NCBI GenBank assembly: GCA_021613535.1
Contig: CP075493.1
Coordinates: forward strand, 12,152,001 to 12,216,000
DNA from: Adineta vaga
Taxonomy: Eukaryota; Animalia; Rotifera
Length of the DNA: 64,000 bases
Direction of reading: 5' to 3'
Each line of letters starts with the position of its first letter. Within the stretch, counting starts at the first letter, position 1. The position numbers were made by a program, and so were the translations under genes. This document shows positions 46,986-60,338 of the stretch, in pieces. The notes under the pieces were generated by a model, which had not been told where the DNA came from, did no database searches, and saw nothing but the letters and a program-made list of their open reading frames with translations.

Positions 46986-48023
46986 TTATGTTTGTGGTTC
47001 TACGTGATTGTTCCTTATTCTCGGAGGAGCCCGTCGATTGAAATGAGATTTAAACAGAACATAAATTAGTTGTTGGCGAAATCGTTTTGATACACTTATA
47101 TAGATGTATAATGAACTCTAAAAATAAACAGTTTTTTTTTATTAAATATCAGTTTTAATCTAGTCAATACTTACCATAAAATAAGTATAATAAAACATAG
47201 TTATTATATTTCTTATGGACTGTATTAGTATCAATGTAAGTTCATCAGTAGACGTGCCAAAAATTAAAGAATAAAAAGAATAAGTAAGTTGTGGCGTGAG
47301 AGCAAGAGTATTATAAAAAACTTGCACTAGAACCATTACTGTTAATTGTTTGTCTAATTCACGTCGAACTAATGGTATCGTTCGATGAGCTATTTTTTGA
47401 ATATTTCGATATGATAATACTCCAAATATTATCATAATTGTTAAAGGCAAAATACTGGTAAGAACAGGCAAATAAAAAGCATAGAAATATTTGTAGAAAA
47501 TGGCATTAGTGATAATACAAATGGATGCATTAGTTGCCGATGATAAAGTATGATTATAATATAGTATAAATGGTATTCCATGTAATACCCAAAGTATTAC
47601 CGTGCCTAAAACCATATAACGAGCAAATTTAATGTTATTATATTCATGCCATCGAGGATGAGAACAAGTTGCTAGAAATTGATCAATTATTGCTAAACAA
47701 AAACATGTAAACGATATTAATGCATTTGATTGAACAGAGAATAATCGATATTTGCAGTAGAATAGTGATAGATTTGACCAATCGATGCTAAATCCATACA
47801 ACATAATATAACTGAATAGACCAGTAAATAACTGTAAAAAATTCATCACCGACATAATACTTAAATAAAATGCACATGAACTTTGTCGAAATGTTCGAAG
47901 ACTAAGAAAAACAATAATAACCAATGGTCCACCAATCAGACCAGCAATGAAGAGACTAATACCCACGTAAATGACAATTTGCTGAGACACAAAAGCAAAA
48001 AATAATAATGTAGATTTTAACAT
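46986..48023 (-). CDS. Orphan 7TM GPCR-like receptor, intron 47118-47174
   Basis: GLIGG..IIVF..LRTFRQSSCAFYL, CKYR, IDQF.ATC and QLTVMVLVQ. The last exon is YIYISVSKRFRQQL. Confidence 0.85.
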
Positions 48024-49052
48024 TTTCCGTAGATACTTTCAATTATTATTTGAAATAACATAATAATTGTGTTTTACATCTTCTTTTTATTCCTTGCCAT
48101 TAAAATAATTTCTGTTCTCATCATCAAACGCACTAAAATTAACTTTACCTGTTAGTATTTCAAAGATAAAGCTCCCCATGTGTCCTTTTTATATAGAAAA
48201 TTAACTCGTGCGTATTTCATTTACAAAAAATCCTTTTCTTCTTTCATCTCAATTGTGATATATTCAGGGGCGTACCGAGGTACCAAAGGTAGGAGGGAAG
48301 CGCAAAAAAACATTTTTGAAAGTTTTCCAGAAAAGAGAATTACTAGGCGTTGCTTGCTGACTGTTACCAATCATATTTATACTGTATATACCATGAATTA
48401 TTCTACCAACAGTATCAAGCGATATTTGAACTAAAAAACAATAATATTTTGCACTCACATCGAATCAAATCAAACAATACACAATAAAAGTTTTTCCTTT
48501 AATTTTTGGATTCGCATCGATAACTGTAATTTTCTTCGTGTTCCAATTTGTATTCAATATAGAATTTATACGATCTGCAATGATGATTATCAGAAAAGAA
48601 AATATTAAGTTATTAATTTTTCTAATATGATTGAATGACAGGAAAAAAACATATTGAAATACAAGTGTAATTATTATTAACTTAAATTCAACTTCGGACA
48701 AGATTTAAGACCACTCGTTTCACTTAAAAATTTACAAATGATCCCGACTGCTATTGTTCAAAAGTATGATCAATCTCATTCAAAACTAACTTACTCAGCT
48801 AGCTGAAAATGTATGATAGAAATACAAAATCCTTTCAAAAAAGAAGATCTATCTTTTGCATAAAGATATAGATCAAAATAAAATGATATACCCAACTCAA
48901 TATGATCGATTAGAGATAATTGCAGATAAATGACGACGTTTATTTACACTTAGGAAGTATATTGAAAAAATACAATAAGCATCTTATATCTCAAAAAAGA
49001 AAAGAAATTGTCACAATATATATTTTGAAAATATTGTTGAAGGTAAATTGAT

Positions 49053-49268
49053 TTAACCAATTGTTTCATAATAACTGATATAGCTGGGAAGAGTATAAGT
49101 TCGTTCACTATATGAATATTTCATGCCATTTCCAACATCATTCAGAAGGGGTCCTGCATAGATGGCTGGACTCAAGAGATTTGATGGTGGAGCCATTTGA
49201 ATTGGAATATTGATTCGATTTCCAATACCAAAAGTAATTGGAGCTAGAAGAAATGAAATAATGATCAT
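49053..49268 (-). CDS. Possible small secreted peptide
   Basis: Short hydrophobic N-terminus (MIIISFLLAPITFG), coding-like composition and upstream CRE-like motifs. No family recognised. Confidence 0.3.
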   Translation of the reverse strand: MIIISFLLAPITFGIGNRINIPIQMAPPSNLLSPAIYAGPLLNDVGNGMKYSYSERTYTLPSYISYYETIG

Positions 49269-50174
49269 ATCATTATGTTCTATGAACTTCTATGTGTTTA
49301 CATACCGGTATTTGAATTCCAACTTTGTCGTCGTTCTTCACGATGATAGTAGGAAGACATTTTGCTGTGATGAATTGAACGATAAGTTGTATTGAGATTT
49401 GTAATTTATCTCTGGTAAAAACATGAAAGTATTTATATGCCTTTTCCATTTACGTCATTTTGAATATTAACGTCAGAGAACGAAAAAGATACGTAAGCGC
49501 ATATATACATATTTAGGTATGACGCATAGATATTATCAAAATGTTTCTATTTACATAATAAATAATATATATTTTTGCGTACTAGGTAAAAATAAATACG
49601 TCAATAAATGTATTGAACAGATTTGTTTATTTTCTCAGATGTAAGAAAATGATATAGTGTTTTATATAAATTCACCCTCAAGAATTTTGATCCTGATTCA
49701 TTTATACAATAAGATGAAATGTATCGCATGAGACATGTACACTTCATATTTGTAGCATTACGACAAAAACAATTATATCGCATACTTATTATATCATATT
49801 TACTTTTACTTACCTGATTATAGTAAAATAAAGAGTCAACTCTGGTAATACCAACAGTAAGATCACCAGTGACGAGTTCAAGATCTCTATATCTTGTACC
49901 GCACACAGTTAATCCCATGTTCAGATTGTAAAAAGTAACCACACCATGAAATATTTTATCATTACCAGCTGTTTTTGTTGAAGAAGTTGAATTAGCTGTT
50001 CACAACAAAATAACATGATACAAATAGTTGCTATGTTTTCTCATTGCTCAATGTGTGTGCTTCAGACATGAAAAAATGAAAATTGGAATCTCTTAATAAA
50101 GACACACCTATTTTATTTCTGAATTTTTCTTGGATGAAGAGAATAAAAAACAGAGAAAAGATATCAAAAGCTTC

Positions 50175-50876
50175 TTATATTGGCTTCGTTTTCACAGCTT
50201 CAATAATTAGTTGTCTCCATGTAACAACTTCACTTGTATTATCATCAAAATAATAATATGCATCATCAACTTGTATCCAATCACTTGAACATGGTTTTGG
50301 TGGTCTACCTGCTTCTTGTTTCTTTCCTTCAAATTTCCACCAACAATTATTAAAACCACATGTTTCAGGTTGAACATATTGTTTACATACCGGACATGTT
50401 GTTGTTTTTTCGTCTGGATCAGTAAGTAAATCGAACTTCTTGTAACCAATTGGTATTACAACACGCCTTTGATAAGCATCACATGTATTATTTGTACAGT
50501 TACCTTCAAGACATAATCCACGTCGTGATTTTCGCCACAATGGAGCTGATTTTGACCAATTGACTTTTTTCATATCTTTGCTATTACTAACATCAACAAA
50601 TTTCGATCCTAAACAGGATATATCGCTACGACTAGTTTTACTTCCATCGAATGTTTCCAATGCCGAGTTATTTTCTACGCCATAACTTGATAATGTATCA
50701 TCTCCATCCTCAAGTATTTCTTTATCAAATACAAAACTTATTTTTTCTTCATCTTGTACACTATTTATTTTCTCCAAAAATTGTCGTTTCAATTGTTTTA
50801 CTGTCGTAGATGGTTCAACATCCAAATCATATCTTTTTGGGCCCATGCCAGTTTTACTTTGAACAAAGATCTTCAT
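50175..50876 (-). CDS. Ubiquitin-like domain + Cys-rich (putative Zn-binding) C-terminal domain protein
   Basis: MKIFVQ...LDVEPSTTVKQLK...LED..TLSSYGVENNS (Ubl), then APLWR...GLCLEGNC.N..C...CPVC...P.TCGFNNCWW. Confidence 0.82.
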   Translation of the reverse strand: MKIFVQSKTGMGPKRYDLDVEPSTTVKQLKRQFLEKINSVQDEEKISFVFDKEILEDGDDTLSSYGVENNSALETFDGSKTSRSDISCLGSKFVDVSNSKDMKKVNWSKSAPLWRKSRRGLCLEGNCTNNTCDAYQRRVVIPIGYKKFDLLTDPDEKTTTCPVCKQYVQPETCGFNNCWWKFEGKKQEAGRPPKPCSSDWIQVDDAYYYFDDNTSEVVTWRQLIIEAVKTKPI

Positions 50877-51560
50877 TTTAATTCTAAAAGAAAAAAAACA
50901 AATAAAATCTTGTGAATCAATTTCACTCTCTATCGATGTTTTGTGTAGCTAACGCCATCCTCATACTATGAATAGATTTCTTCGAAGCAGTCCGTTCTCT
51001 CATTACAACGCAATCAAACAAGAAACACCGTGTATTATGTTGAAGGAAAAATCGCACACATGGTAGAAAAAAGAATGTTTTTTGTTCTTCAGTCAATATA
51101 ACTGTTTTCTTTTTGATTGCATTCACTTAGCTTCAAAAACAAAATTCTGCTCTCGAAGATAAAGAAATGCTTGCTTCTTATATCTATCAAGTTTTCCTTT
51201 GAATTTCTTTCTCGAATTGCTTAAGATCACACACACACACCCTTTGATTTTAGTCATCATCATATGATGCCTAGATTTCTTCGGATTCTTCCATATTCTC
51301 ACTATGACTACCGGGTGAAAGTAACGATGAAAGTAAATACTCGATGTTTTGTTGGATAAAAAAAAGGTGCACACTTGGAAGAAATATAAATATTTTTTCA
51401 TTCTTCAGTCAGCACAAACGTTGGAACTTTCTGTTTCGATTGTTTCAAAGATAAAAAGAACTGCTTCTTCTATCTGTCAAGTTGCTTTTTGAATTCGATT
51501 TTCGGCTCGCGTAATTTAATATGAAAATGAATTTTTCAGATTGAAAAGAAGTTTTCGTTT

Positions 51561-53318
51561 ATGACAGAAGTCGAAAATAGTCTGACTACAACAAATATTC
51601 GACGTAAATTAGCGCTTATTATGGGTATTAGTAACTATGCAGACAATACATCCCTAATCAATGCTACGAATGATGCAAAAGAAATGTCATCAGTATTAAA
51701 AAGTATGGGATTTCTTATTCATGATAACGAACCGAAATTAAATTTAACTTACAAACAAATGCGTCATTGCTTGACTGATTTTGAATGTTCAATAGAAGCA
51801 GGCGATTTGGTTCTCTTTTATTTTGCTGGACATGGAACACAATGGGAAGTAGGAAGATGATTAAATTAAATATAGCAAATGTTTTTAGTTATATACCTTT
51901 TAGGATCAAAATTATCTAATTCCAGCTGATAATTTTATTGAAAAGAATCAAAATAATATGAAAGTGAGACTACCTCTGAGTGGTCCTGAATTAGGAACTC
52001 ATGCAATCAATGTACAAAATCTTTTGAATAGTATCAATGATCGAACTCCCTTTCTAATCATGTTTATATTAGATTGTTGTCGGACATATCATTTACGAAA
52101 TCCTGAATTGCAAAAATTGATGAGAAGTAGTCTGATTCATCATTCACAAGGATTAAAAGCAATGCCTGCTCATGTTGGCTCATTAATTGCATTTGCATGT
52201 GCACCTGGAACAGCAGCAGATGATGGACAAAATGAAGAGAAGAATGGATTATTTACAAAACATCTTTTGAGACATATTAAAACACCAAATGAAGATATTC
52301 GAATGATTATGGCTGCAGTAACCGACGGAGTAATTGTAGAATCAAATAATGCTCAAATTCCACATATTACTTCTGTTTTAAGACATAAATATATATGTTT
52401 ATATGATGGAAAACAAGATTTAGAGTCCAAATTGAACAGATGGAATCAACATGCTCAGACTGTGGCCGGAAATAATCGTTGGGGAGAGCAATTAAGTCAA
52501 CTTCATCATCCATATGGAATTTGTATTGACGAAAATAGATCGATTTATATTGCTGATTGGGAAAATCATCGTATTGTTCAATGGACATCGAATTCTAATG
52601 AAGGAGAAATAATTATAGGTAGAAACGCATGGGGAAATCAAACGGATCAATTCTTTAGTCCAGCAAATGTCGTTTTTGATCAACAAACTCATTCGTTGAT
52701 CATTGCTGATCGAGAGAATAGACGAGTAATTCGATGGTTTAATCAAATGCAACAAACATTGATTGACAATATTCATTGTTGGGGTTTAGCAATGGATAAA
52801 TATGGATTTCTTTATATTTCTGATGTTACAAATGATGAAGTAAGCTGTTGGAAAATAGGAGAAAATCCAGGATTAATAGTCGCTGGTGGAAATGGACGTG
52901 GAAATCATTGCAGTCAACTGAATGGTCCAACTTATATCTTTGTTGATGATGAACAATCGGTTTATGTATCAGATGAAGAAAATCATCGTGTTATGAAATG
53001 GAGAAAATATGCGAATGAAGGAATTGTTGTTGCGGGAGGAAACGAACAAGGAGATAAACTTAATCAATTATCTTCTCCGCAAGGTTTGATTGTTGATCAT
53101 ATTGGGCTGTCTATGTGGCAGATTTTGATAATCATCGAATAATGCGTTGGTGCGAAAGAAAGAATGAAGGCGAAATTGTTGTTGGTGGAAATGGTCAAGG
53201 CAATCGTTCAGATCAATTGTACTGTCCTAGTGGTATATCATTTGATTTAGAAGGAAATCTTTACGTTGCTGATTGTTGGAATAATCGAATTCAAAAATTT
53301 GAATTAACCTATGCGTAA
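51561..53318 (+). CDS. Peptidase C14 (caspase/metacaspase-like) + NHL repeat protein, intron 51849-51903, frameshift near 53108
   Basis: KLALIMGISNY, NDA..M...L, FYFAGHG (His), ILDCCR (Cys), AFACAPG and NGLFTKHLL. NHL repeats P.GI..D....YIAD..NHRI; the final repeat continues in another frame (VYVADFDNHRI). Confidence 0.88.
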
Positions 53319-53987
53319 CAGGCGAATGTAATAAAGAATAAAAGATTTGTATTCATGCGGTTTCGAATTGATAAGATCTTGCTTTATGTCAGTATCAACT
53401 TGTAAAATTTTCTAATAAACCATTACTCAACTCCAATGCAAAATTTCTCGTCTATAGAAATATGCAATGAATGAGTCATTCGACGTATGACTGACGTTTT
53501 GTGCATATACGATTAATAGTGTATATTCATAAAGATTCGTACGCGACATGTTCCGACTCGATCACATCTGTTTTCTGTATATTTCTTGTTTTTTTTCTTT
53601 GATAGAAAATAGAAAAAAAGTACAATATCGAATCTTGATAAAATCATTTTATTCATCTGTATACGCCCATCACCTTACTATGCATGTCAACAATTGACAA
53701 TTTTGTCGTTTTTTTTTCTTTCTTTTCTTCGTTGTTTTTCTCGTTCTTTGCTTTTTCCACTCACAAATTCATATTATTACTTCGGTACATTCGTCCTAGA
53801 CATTTTTTTCCTGTATTCTTCCTATTTTCATTATTTTTTTCTGTCATAAATTACTACTTTTTCATATGGCATTCTTCTAAAAAGAATCCTTTCGTCTGGG
53901 AATAAATTATCGAAATATTGTCATTTGATTTTTATTTTTAGTGCGCAAAAAGGTAGAGAAGGTGAATATTAATATATTATCGAACAG

Positions 53988-54739
53988 ATGACTAATATCA
54001 TGAACCAAGCTGACGAAAATGATGTGAATACTGTTTTATTAACTGATGATAAAACAACCGATGATAGCGATTTGATTTTTCCATATTCCATAGTTCATTT
54101 AATCAAAGAGATTAAAAATGATCCATCAAAATTGCAGCCGATTAAATGTTTCTTAGTTTCGTATTATTTTCAACTTCTCATCGTCTTTATGGTGTCCGTT
54201 ACTTGTATTATTGTTAGTAGCTTACAGGGATCATGGTCTTATGCATTTACAATGACAAAAATTGTTTTTTTTGTCCATGGAATATTAAGTCTTATCACAG
54301 TTTTACTTCATCTATGTACAAATTTTTTTCGGTAAGTCAGTTAATTATTGTTGATCTTCCATGTTTTTTGCATATATATGATGGTTATCTGTGTAGTTCA
54401 TCATTATTTCTCATGACAAAATGGTCATACAATCAGCGTCAATTCGTTCGTTATTGTACTATTGTAAGTCATTTATTCACGATTATCTGTATCGTTTGGT
54501 TCTTTATTGGTCATATTTGGTTGGTTCAAGAATTCATACATGCTTTTACAACGTCTTATAGTTTAAAAGAGGGAACACAATTCGCAATCGTTATGATTAT
54601 CATACAATATATTGTCGGTATTTGGTTACTTTATTGTTGTACACAACATCAAAAGAAGATTTCAGGTGAATCAACAATAAATAAACAAATAACTGACAAC
54701 GATGTGAATCTACCTCAAGACGATCCAATGATTGTTTGA
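53988..54739 (+). CDS. Uncharacterised ~4-TM membrane protein, intron 54332-54396
   Basis: Two overlapping ORFs are joined in frame by a GTAAGT...TAG intron, giving four hydrophobic segments. Confidence 0.7.
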
Positions 54740-54899
54740 TTTAATCAATCAATTCTATTTCCTATTCTTAAACATAGATTTCGATCTAACGACATATTTT
54801 TATTTATTTAATCAGTTCATTGAAATAAACAAGAGATGATCATTATCAATTAATCAAAAGTATCAGTGTGTATCTCATAATTAGCACACGTCTGCTCAT

Positions 54900-55703
54900 T
54901 TAAATAGTATTCTTCTTCTTTTCAATCGCACGTAATAATTGCCATTGAACTGTCAATTCCGACAGATGTCGAATCTTAGCAATTAAATCTGCATTTGTTG
55001 TACTCCAGACATCTGTATATGTTTTTAAATATTGATATTGATATTTATAAGGAAAGAACGGTGCAGCTTTTTCGTACATATATCCAGCACTTTCTGAATC
55101 ATGGAGAATAATCACTTGTGATCGATAAGAATATTTAATAATATCATGTATTCGACGTGTTTCTGGAGCGTTGTCAACGAAAACAACACTCCATTGACGA
55201 TCATTTCCAATCGTATTCCAATCAGTAACATGTTCATATTGATGTAATGATGCATGCGACATTTTGGAAGAAAATGGCGATATCCAGTTTTTATCCGAAT
55301 CGACTGATAAAAGGTAACGTTGAAAGGTAATGGATACATTATGAAGCATTGGTGTACTTGCATGGCCACAACCAAGTTCAAGGATAGACCCATTTGTAAG
55401 AAGAATAGAAGCCAGAAGAGGAATAGCATGTGATCCATCGGAATGATCGAGAGGTATTGGAACATATCTTTCAATTATCTGATGCCAAATTGTTTCTGTT
55501 TCTTCAGCATATTGAGAATTTTTGATTTTCTGTCGAAAAGATGCTATTAGTTCCGGTGTTATTTTCAATGGAGTAGGAAATGATACCGAAGTACTGCGGG
55601 AATAAATCCATATGAGAATTATACAAGGTATTATAAATATACCGCATCGAGATATATTTCGTAAAGGGAGCTTTTTAGTTTCGAAGCGATGTACTCGTGC
55701 CAT
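54900..55703 (-). CDS. Signal-anchored class I SAM-methyltransferase-like protein (possibly glycan-modifying), intronless
   Basis: TM (GIFIIPCIILIWIY), ILELGCG..STP.LH, LLSVDSD..W, VVFVD and IILHDSE. Confidence 0.75.
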   Translation of the reverse strand: MARVHRFETKKLPLRNISRCGIFIIPCIILIWIYSRSTSVSFPTPLKITPELIASFRQKIKNSQYAEETETIWHQIIERYVPIPLDHSDGSHAIPLLASILLTNGSILELGCGHASTPMLHNVSITFQRYLLSVDSDKNWISPFSSKMSHASLHQYEHVTDWNTIGNDRQWSVVFVDNAPETRRIHDIIKYSYRSQVIILHDSESAGYMYEKAAPFFPYKYQYQYLKTYTDVWSTTNADLIAKIRHLSELTVQWQLLRAIEKKKNTI

Positions 55704-56116
55704 AATAAGTATTCAGGATACTCAAACCTTGCATTCAAAATGTGTATGGCGATAGAATCACATAGATACGAACGGTGTATAAAACGCATTGAAGCGTTCA
55801 GATAAAAAGGAAGTTATAAGATACTGATCAGTAGAAGTGTAGATTAATATATTCGATAAACAATTTTTTTTGATTTGAAATTCAATCTATTTTTTGATCA
55901 TTATGTATATGTGCAATATTGAGAAACAGCAAAATAACAAGAATTTTATTTTCGATAGATGTCGTTATTTATCATTAACATATGCATATACACAACAGAA
56001 TTCGTCCAGACTAATTTGCATTGAATAGGAAAAATGATCTATACCATCTTGATCAAATGGTCCTCACGCTTTTAATACTATAGAGTTAATTAGATATGAG
56101 ATTGTCAAAATATTTA

Positions 56117-57888
56117 TTAATTAACTAGTAAATTTTCATTTTTGTTTTCTGATTTTAAAAAGGTTTCGAACTGTGAATATTTTCGTAATTGATATAAACC
56201 ATTGCTACGCTTTTCTATACAACTATTCGAACGATGAACTATTTTCTTTTCTTCGAATTGTTTGTAGAGTTCCACTGATGATATTTGACGCTGTTGTTCA
56301 AGTTTAAAACGTATATCTTGTAAATAACGCATGTTTTCTAAAATGAATCGAATAGTCACTATCGGTAAAACATAACTCATTGATAAATGTTCGCAATTTT
56401 TAGCAAAAGGGATGATTCGTAGGACTTCACTTTTACATAAGCTGCTACGATCAAAACGTAGTTTTAACGTCCGAATTTTCTTCGATAAAGAATTGCGTAG
56501 ACGAACATTTGTCCAATTTTCAGTTATTCCTCGTAGCAGATCTTTTTCAATAGCTAACGAACATAAATGTGGAGCGTTGTTAAGTAAATTGATAAACATT
56601 TTCGACCATATTTTCGTGTTAGAACCAATATGTAATGAACGTAGATTTGTGAAAATATGAATCCATTGATTAAAATTAATATAATGATTGATTTTTAATT
56701 CAGTTATATTCATTTGATAGAAATCTTCGTGAAATATTGGAGAACATTGCAGTTTTAATTTCTTGACATTGAAATATTGATTTCTGTATAGATCTTTGTT
56801 TTTATCATTGGGTAATGTCGTAATACATTCATTCAAATATTTTGTATTGATAGTCAATTCATCGAAAGTGAATGGTAAGGAATAGAGAACGACATCATAT
56901 CTATAGAACTTTTCGGCTTTCTTGATATGACAATTAATGAACCAGTTATGTTCAATTGTATAAAATGGTGTTGAGTAGGACGTAATTAAATCTTGAATTT
57001 CGTTGTTAACACTTTGATAAAGTCTACATCGAACGTGAAAATAAAACTTGAAATTTTTGAGTAAAGGAAGTGATGATGAAATGACTTCTTCCCATATATC
57101 ACCTTTCGGATACTCGTCTCCTATTTTCTTTTGAAGGATTTCAAAAGTTTCTAATTGCTTCAAATTCTTAAGAGAATCTGATAATAATGTCAAATCGTTA
57201 AAGTTCTTAAAAAAGATTTTTAATTTTTTTAACATTGAAGGCCATAAAAGCGTAGTTAAATATCGATAGTAACGAGAGTTTTGAGGGATCATATTATATT
57301 CTAAACTTTCGACTTGTGATAGTTTCTGTAATATAGAAAAAAAAATTGTTTGGAAAATGATAAATATAAATTGACAAAACTTACTTGAAACCAGGAGTTT
57401 CCTTTTTCGTCCGTGATACGAAGGTATTTCAATTTGCAAAAGTTCAATTTATCTATTCCAGTATCATCTATCTCTCCAATTGATAAAGAAACAACATTTT
57501 CAAGAATCGATGAAATTTTAGATAACTGATTTGTATCAAGAGCATTGCTATTCATAAGAGATAATGATTGGACTTGATTGAAATCTTTTACCGATGCATA
57601 TTGTTCAATAAAATATTGAATTTGTCCTGGAGTATCATCATCATCAAAAAGTTGTAAGGATTTCCATTGTTGTGTAGGATATTGTTGAAATATTCGATCG
57701 AATCGTGTTTTTTTCATTGATTTAAAATCAAATGATGTACAATATTTGGATGCTAAACATTGTAAACGATAATTAAGAGATGAAAATACAACAAGTGTAT
57801 GAATATTATTGAGATAAGACAGAATTTCTCGAAAGATTTCATTTGGTAAATATTCTAATAACGATACTCGAGAATGAATTCGTTCCAT
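56117..57888 (-). CDS. F-box-like/LRR-like lineage-expanded protein, intron 57326-57384
   Basis: LEYLPNEIFREILSYL...FSSLNYR, TPGQI..F, WEEVISSSLPLLKNFKFYF and LYSLPF. Confidence 0.8.
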
Positions 57889-58537
57889 ACTTGATTTGAT
57901 AAATCTTAAAAATGAAATAACAAACGCTTATTCCGTTTTTCTTATAACACGTGTGCAACACGTAAATAATTTGTTTCTGTTGAAATTTTTATGTGTATGG
58001 ATACCATTGGTTGTTAGTATAATGTAACTACATGTCAGTTATTGCACAACGTTCTGCAACATAAAAAACAAAGTTTTATGTGAATGCATCGATTTTTTTG
58101 GTATGTTTTATAATAGATATAAGTAACAGAGCGACTATAAGAACGAATAGAAACTGCTTTTTATTTTAAAACTCTCATTCGTATTTTATACCATTCAAGC
58201 CGCGATGATCAGAGTATCTCTCTCTCGTTCTTTTACATTACTTCCTCTCTGAAATCGTTTGATTTACCGTAATTGTACATGCGATATTTCAATCATTTAC
58301 TTCTTACGTATTCTTGAGAGTGTGGGTGATGATCAAAGCTTACAATAAGTCAATCCTCTATCATTACATTATAGCTGACTATTGATCAATGTATTGGAAT
58401 GTTCTAATAGCTAAAAATCGTTTTCATTTTCATATTTTATTTCGAGATATAAATGTGAAAATTGATAGTTTTGTGCATGTATTGTTATGAGTATATAATA
58501 TGAAGTTCTTAGAGGAAATATATCAGATATCAAATTT

Positions 58538-59959
58538 TTAATGATTTAAAAGTATAGTAACATTATTTGAACCAGAATTTGCTGTAATAATATCAATTTT
58601 GTTATCATTATTAACGTCAGAAACGAATACTGAATGTGGATCAGTACCAACCGAATAAGTAACTTGACTTTGAAAGTAACCATTACCTGCATTGAGAAGA
58701 ATACCAACATTATTGGAGCCCGAATTGGCGACAATAATATCAATTTTATTGTCAAGATTTAGGTCAGCTGTGACAACACAATATGGCAGGAATCCAACTG
58801 CATAAGTAGTTTGAGGAAGAAATATACCAGTACCAGTATTGAAAAGAATACTGGTAGTATTGGAATAATAATTAGCAGTAATAATATCTGGATAATTATC
58901 GTTATTAATATCAGCAACAGTTACTGAGTACGGAGCCATACCGACCGTGTAAACAACTTGTGATAAGAACGTACCAGCAATCGAATTAATAAGAACACTA
59001 ACATTATTTGACATACTATTGGCAACGATAATATCTAGTTTGTTATCGCCATCAACATCAGCAACTGCTACCGATCGTGGTGATGTGCCAACATTATAAA
59101 GAGTTTTATTTGGAAATGTACCATTACCTGTATTGAGCAAAACAGCAACATTATTTGAACCAGCATTTGCAACAACAATATCCGGTTGATTATCATTATT
59201 AAAATCAGATATTACAACGGAATATGGAGATGAACCGCTTGTATAATTTATTGGAGAGAGAAAGGATCCGTTACCTAAATTGAATAAAATCATAATGTTT
59301 CCAGTACTATAAGTAGCCGCTACAATATCAGAATGATTATCACCATTAATGTCACGTACTGCTAGTGAAAATGGAAAAGCTCCAATATAATATTCAATTT
59401 GAGATGCATATGTACCATTTCCGTTATTGAGAAGTACACCAATAGAATTCGAATTATAATTTCCAACAATAATATCTGATTTATTGTCATTATTTACATC
59501 CGTGACAAAAACAGGAATTGGATAGTAACCAACTGAATAAGTAATTGGATTTTGAAACATACTGTAGGAAACTATAAGAATATCAAGAAAGTTTATTTTA
59601 GTTTATGGATCGAATTTCTACTAACATGTTGTTTTCCGTGTTTCATTCATAACCATCATTGCAGTTGTTTGAATTTGAGCTACCATAATACTAACGGTAT
59701 TTGATGCATTGAAAAATAATTCACAAGACCGATTTAATTGATGAAAAGTTGTTGCTCGACATTCAATTTTACTTAAACAAAGAAACTGACAATCTCGAAT
59801 GTCTGATGCAAAGACGGTAGCAAATGGTTTACAAGTTGTATTAACACATTGAAATTGGTAACCATCCATAATTGACATTTGCAGTGAACGTGTATCTTCT
59901 GCAATCGATTGTATTGTAAATATACACAAAAATACGAAACAAATTCTTGAACAAATCAT
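58538..59959 (-). CDS. Secreted PAN/Apple-like domain + FG-GAP repeat beta-propeller protein, intron 59572-59625
   Basis: Signal peptide, then CQFLCLSKIECRATTF.....CELF (PAN-like) and seven DxNxDxxxDIxVAN repeats. Confidence 0.85.
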
Positions 59960-60338
59960 AATTATGATTAACCTTTTAAAATGGAAAGCATCTATTCAAT
60001 GACATATAGTTTATATACTCTCTTTTTCCTTCTATTATTTTAATGAGAAATCATATCAACTTATCTTTGTCTTTTTTTTTGTTTCCTATAGAAACTGTTA
60101 TAGGAACGAGTTGGACTTTGAGACAATTGATATGTTCTACTTTTCTTTAATGAAATCAAAACTAAATAAAAAAGACATCTACTAACGGATATGACGTTAC
60201 TACTTTGATATATGAATTGCATCTCAATTTCGAAATAGATGTTATGAATATTTCAGGAAGTGAAGGAGAAATGAAGTGTAACTTCAAAAGAAAAGTGTAT
60301 ATATATATATTTATTTAGAAGAAAAGAAAAACATCCAA

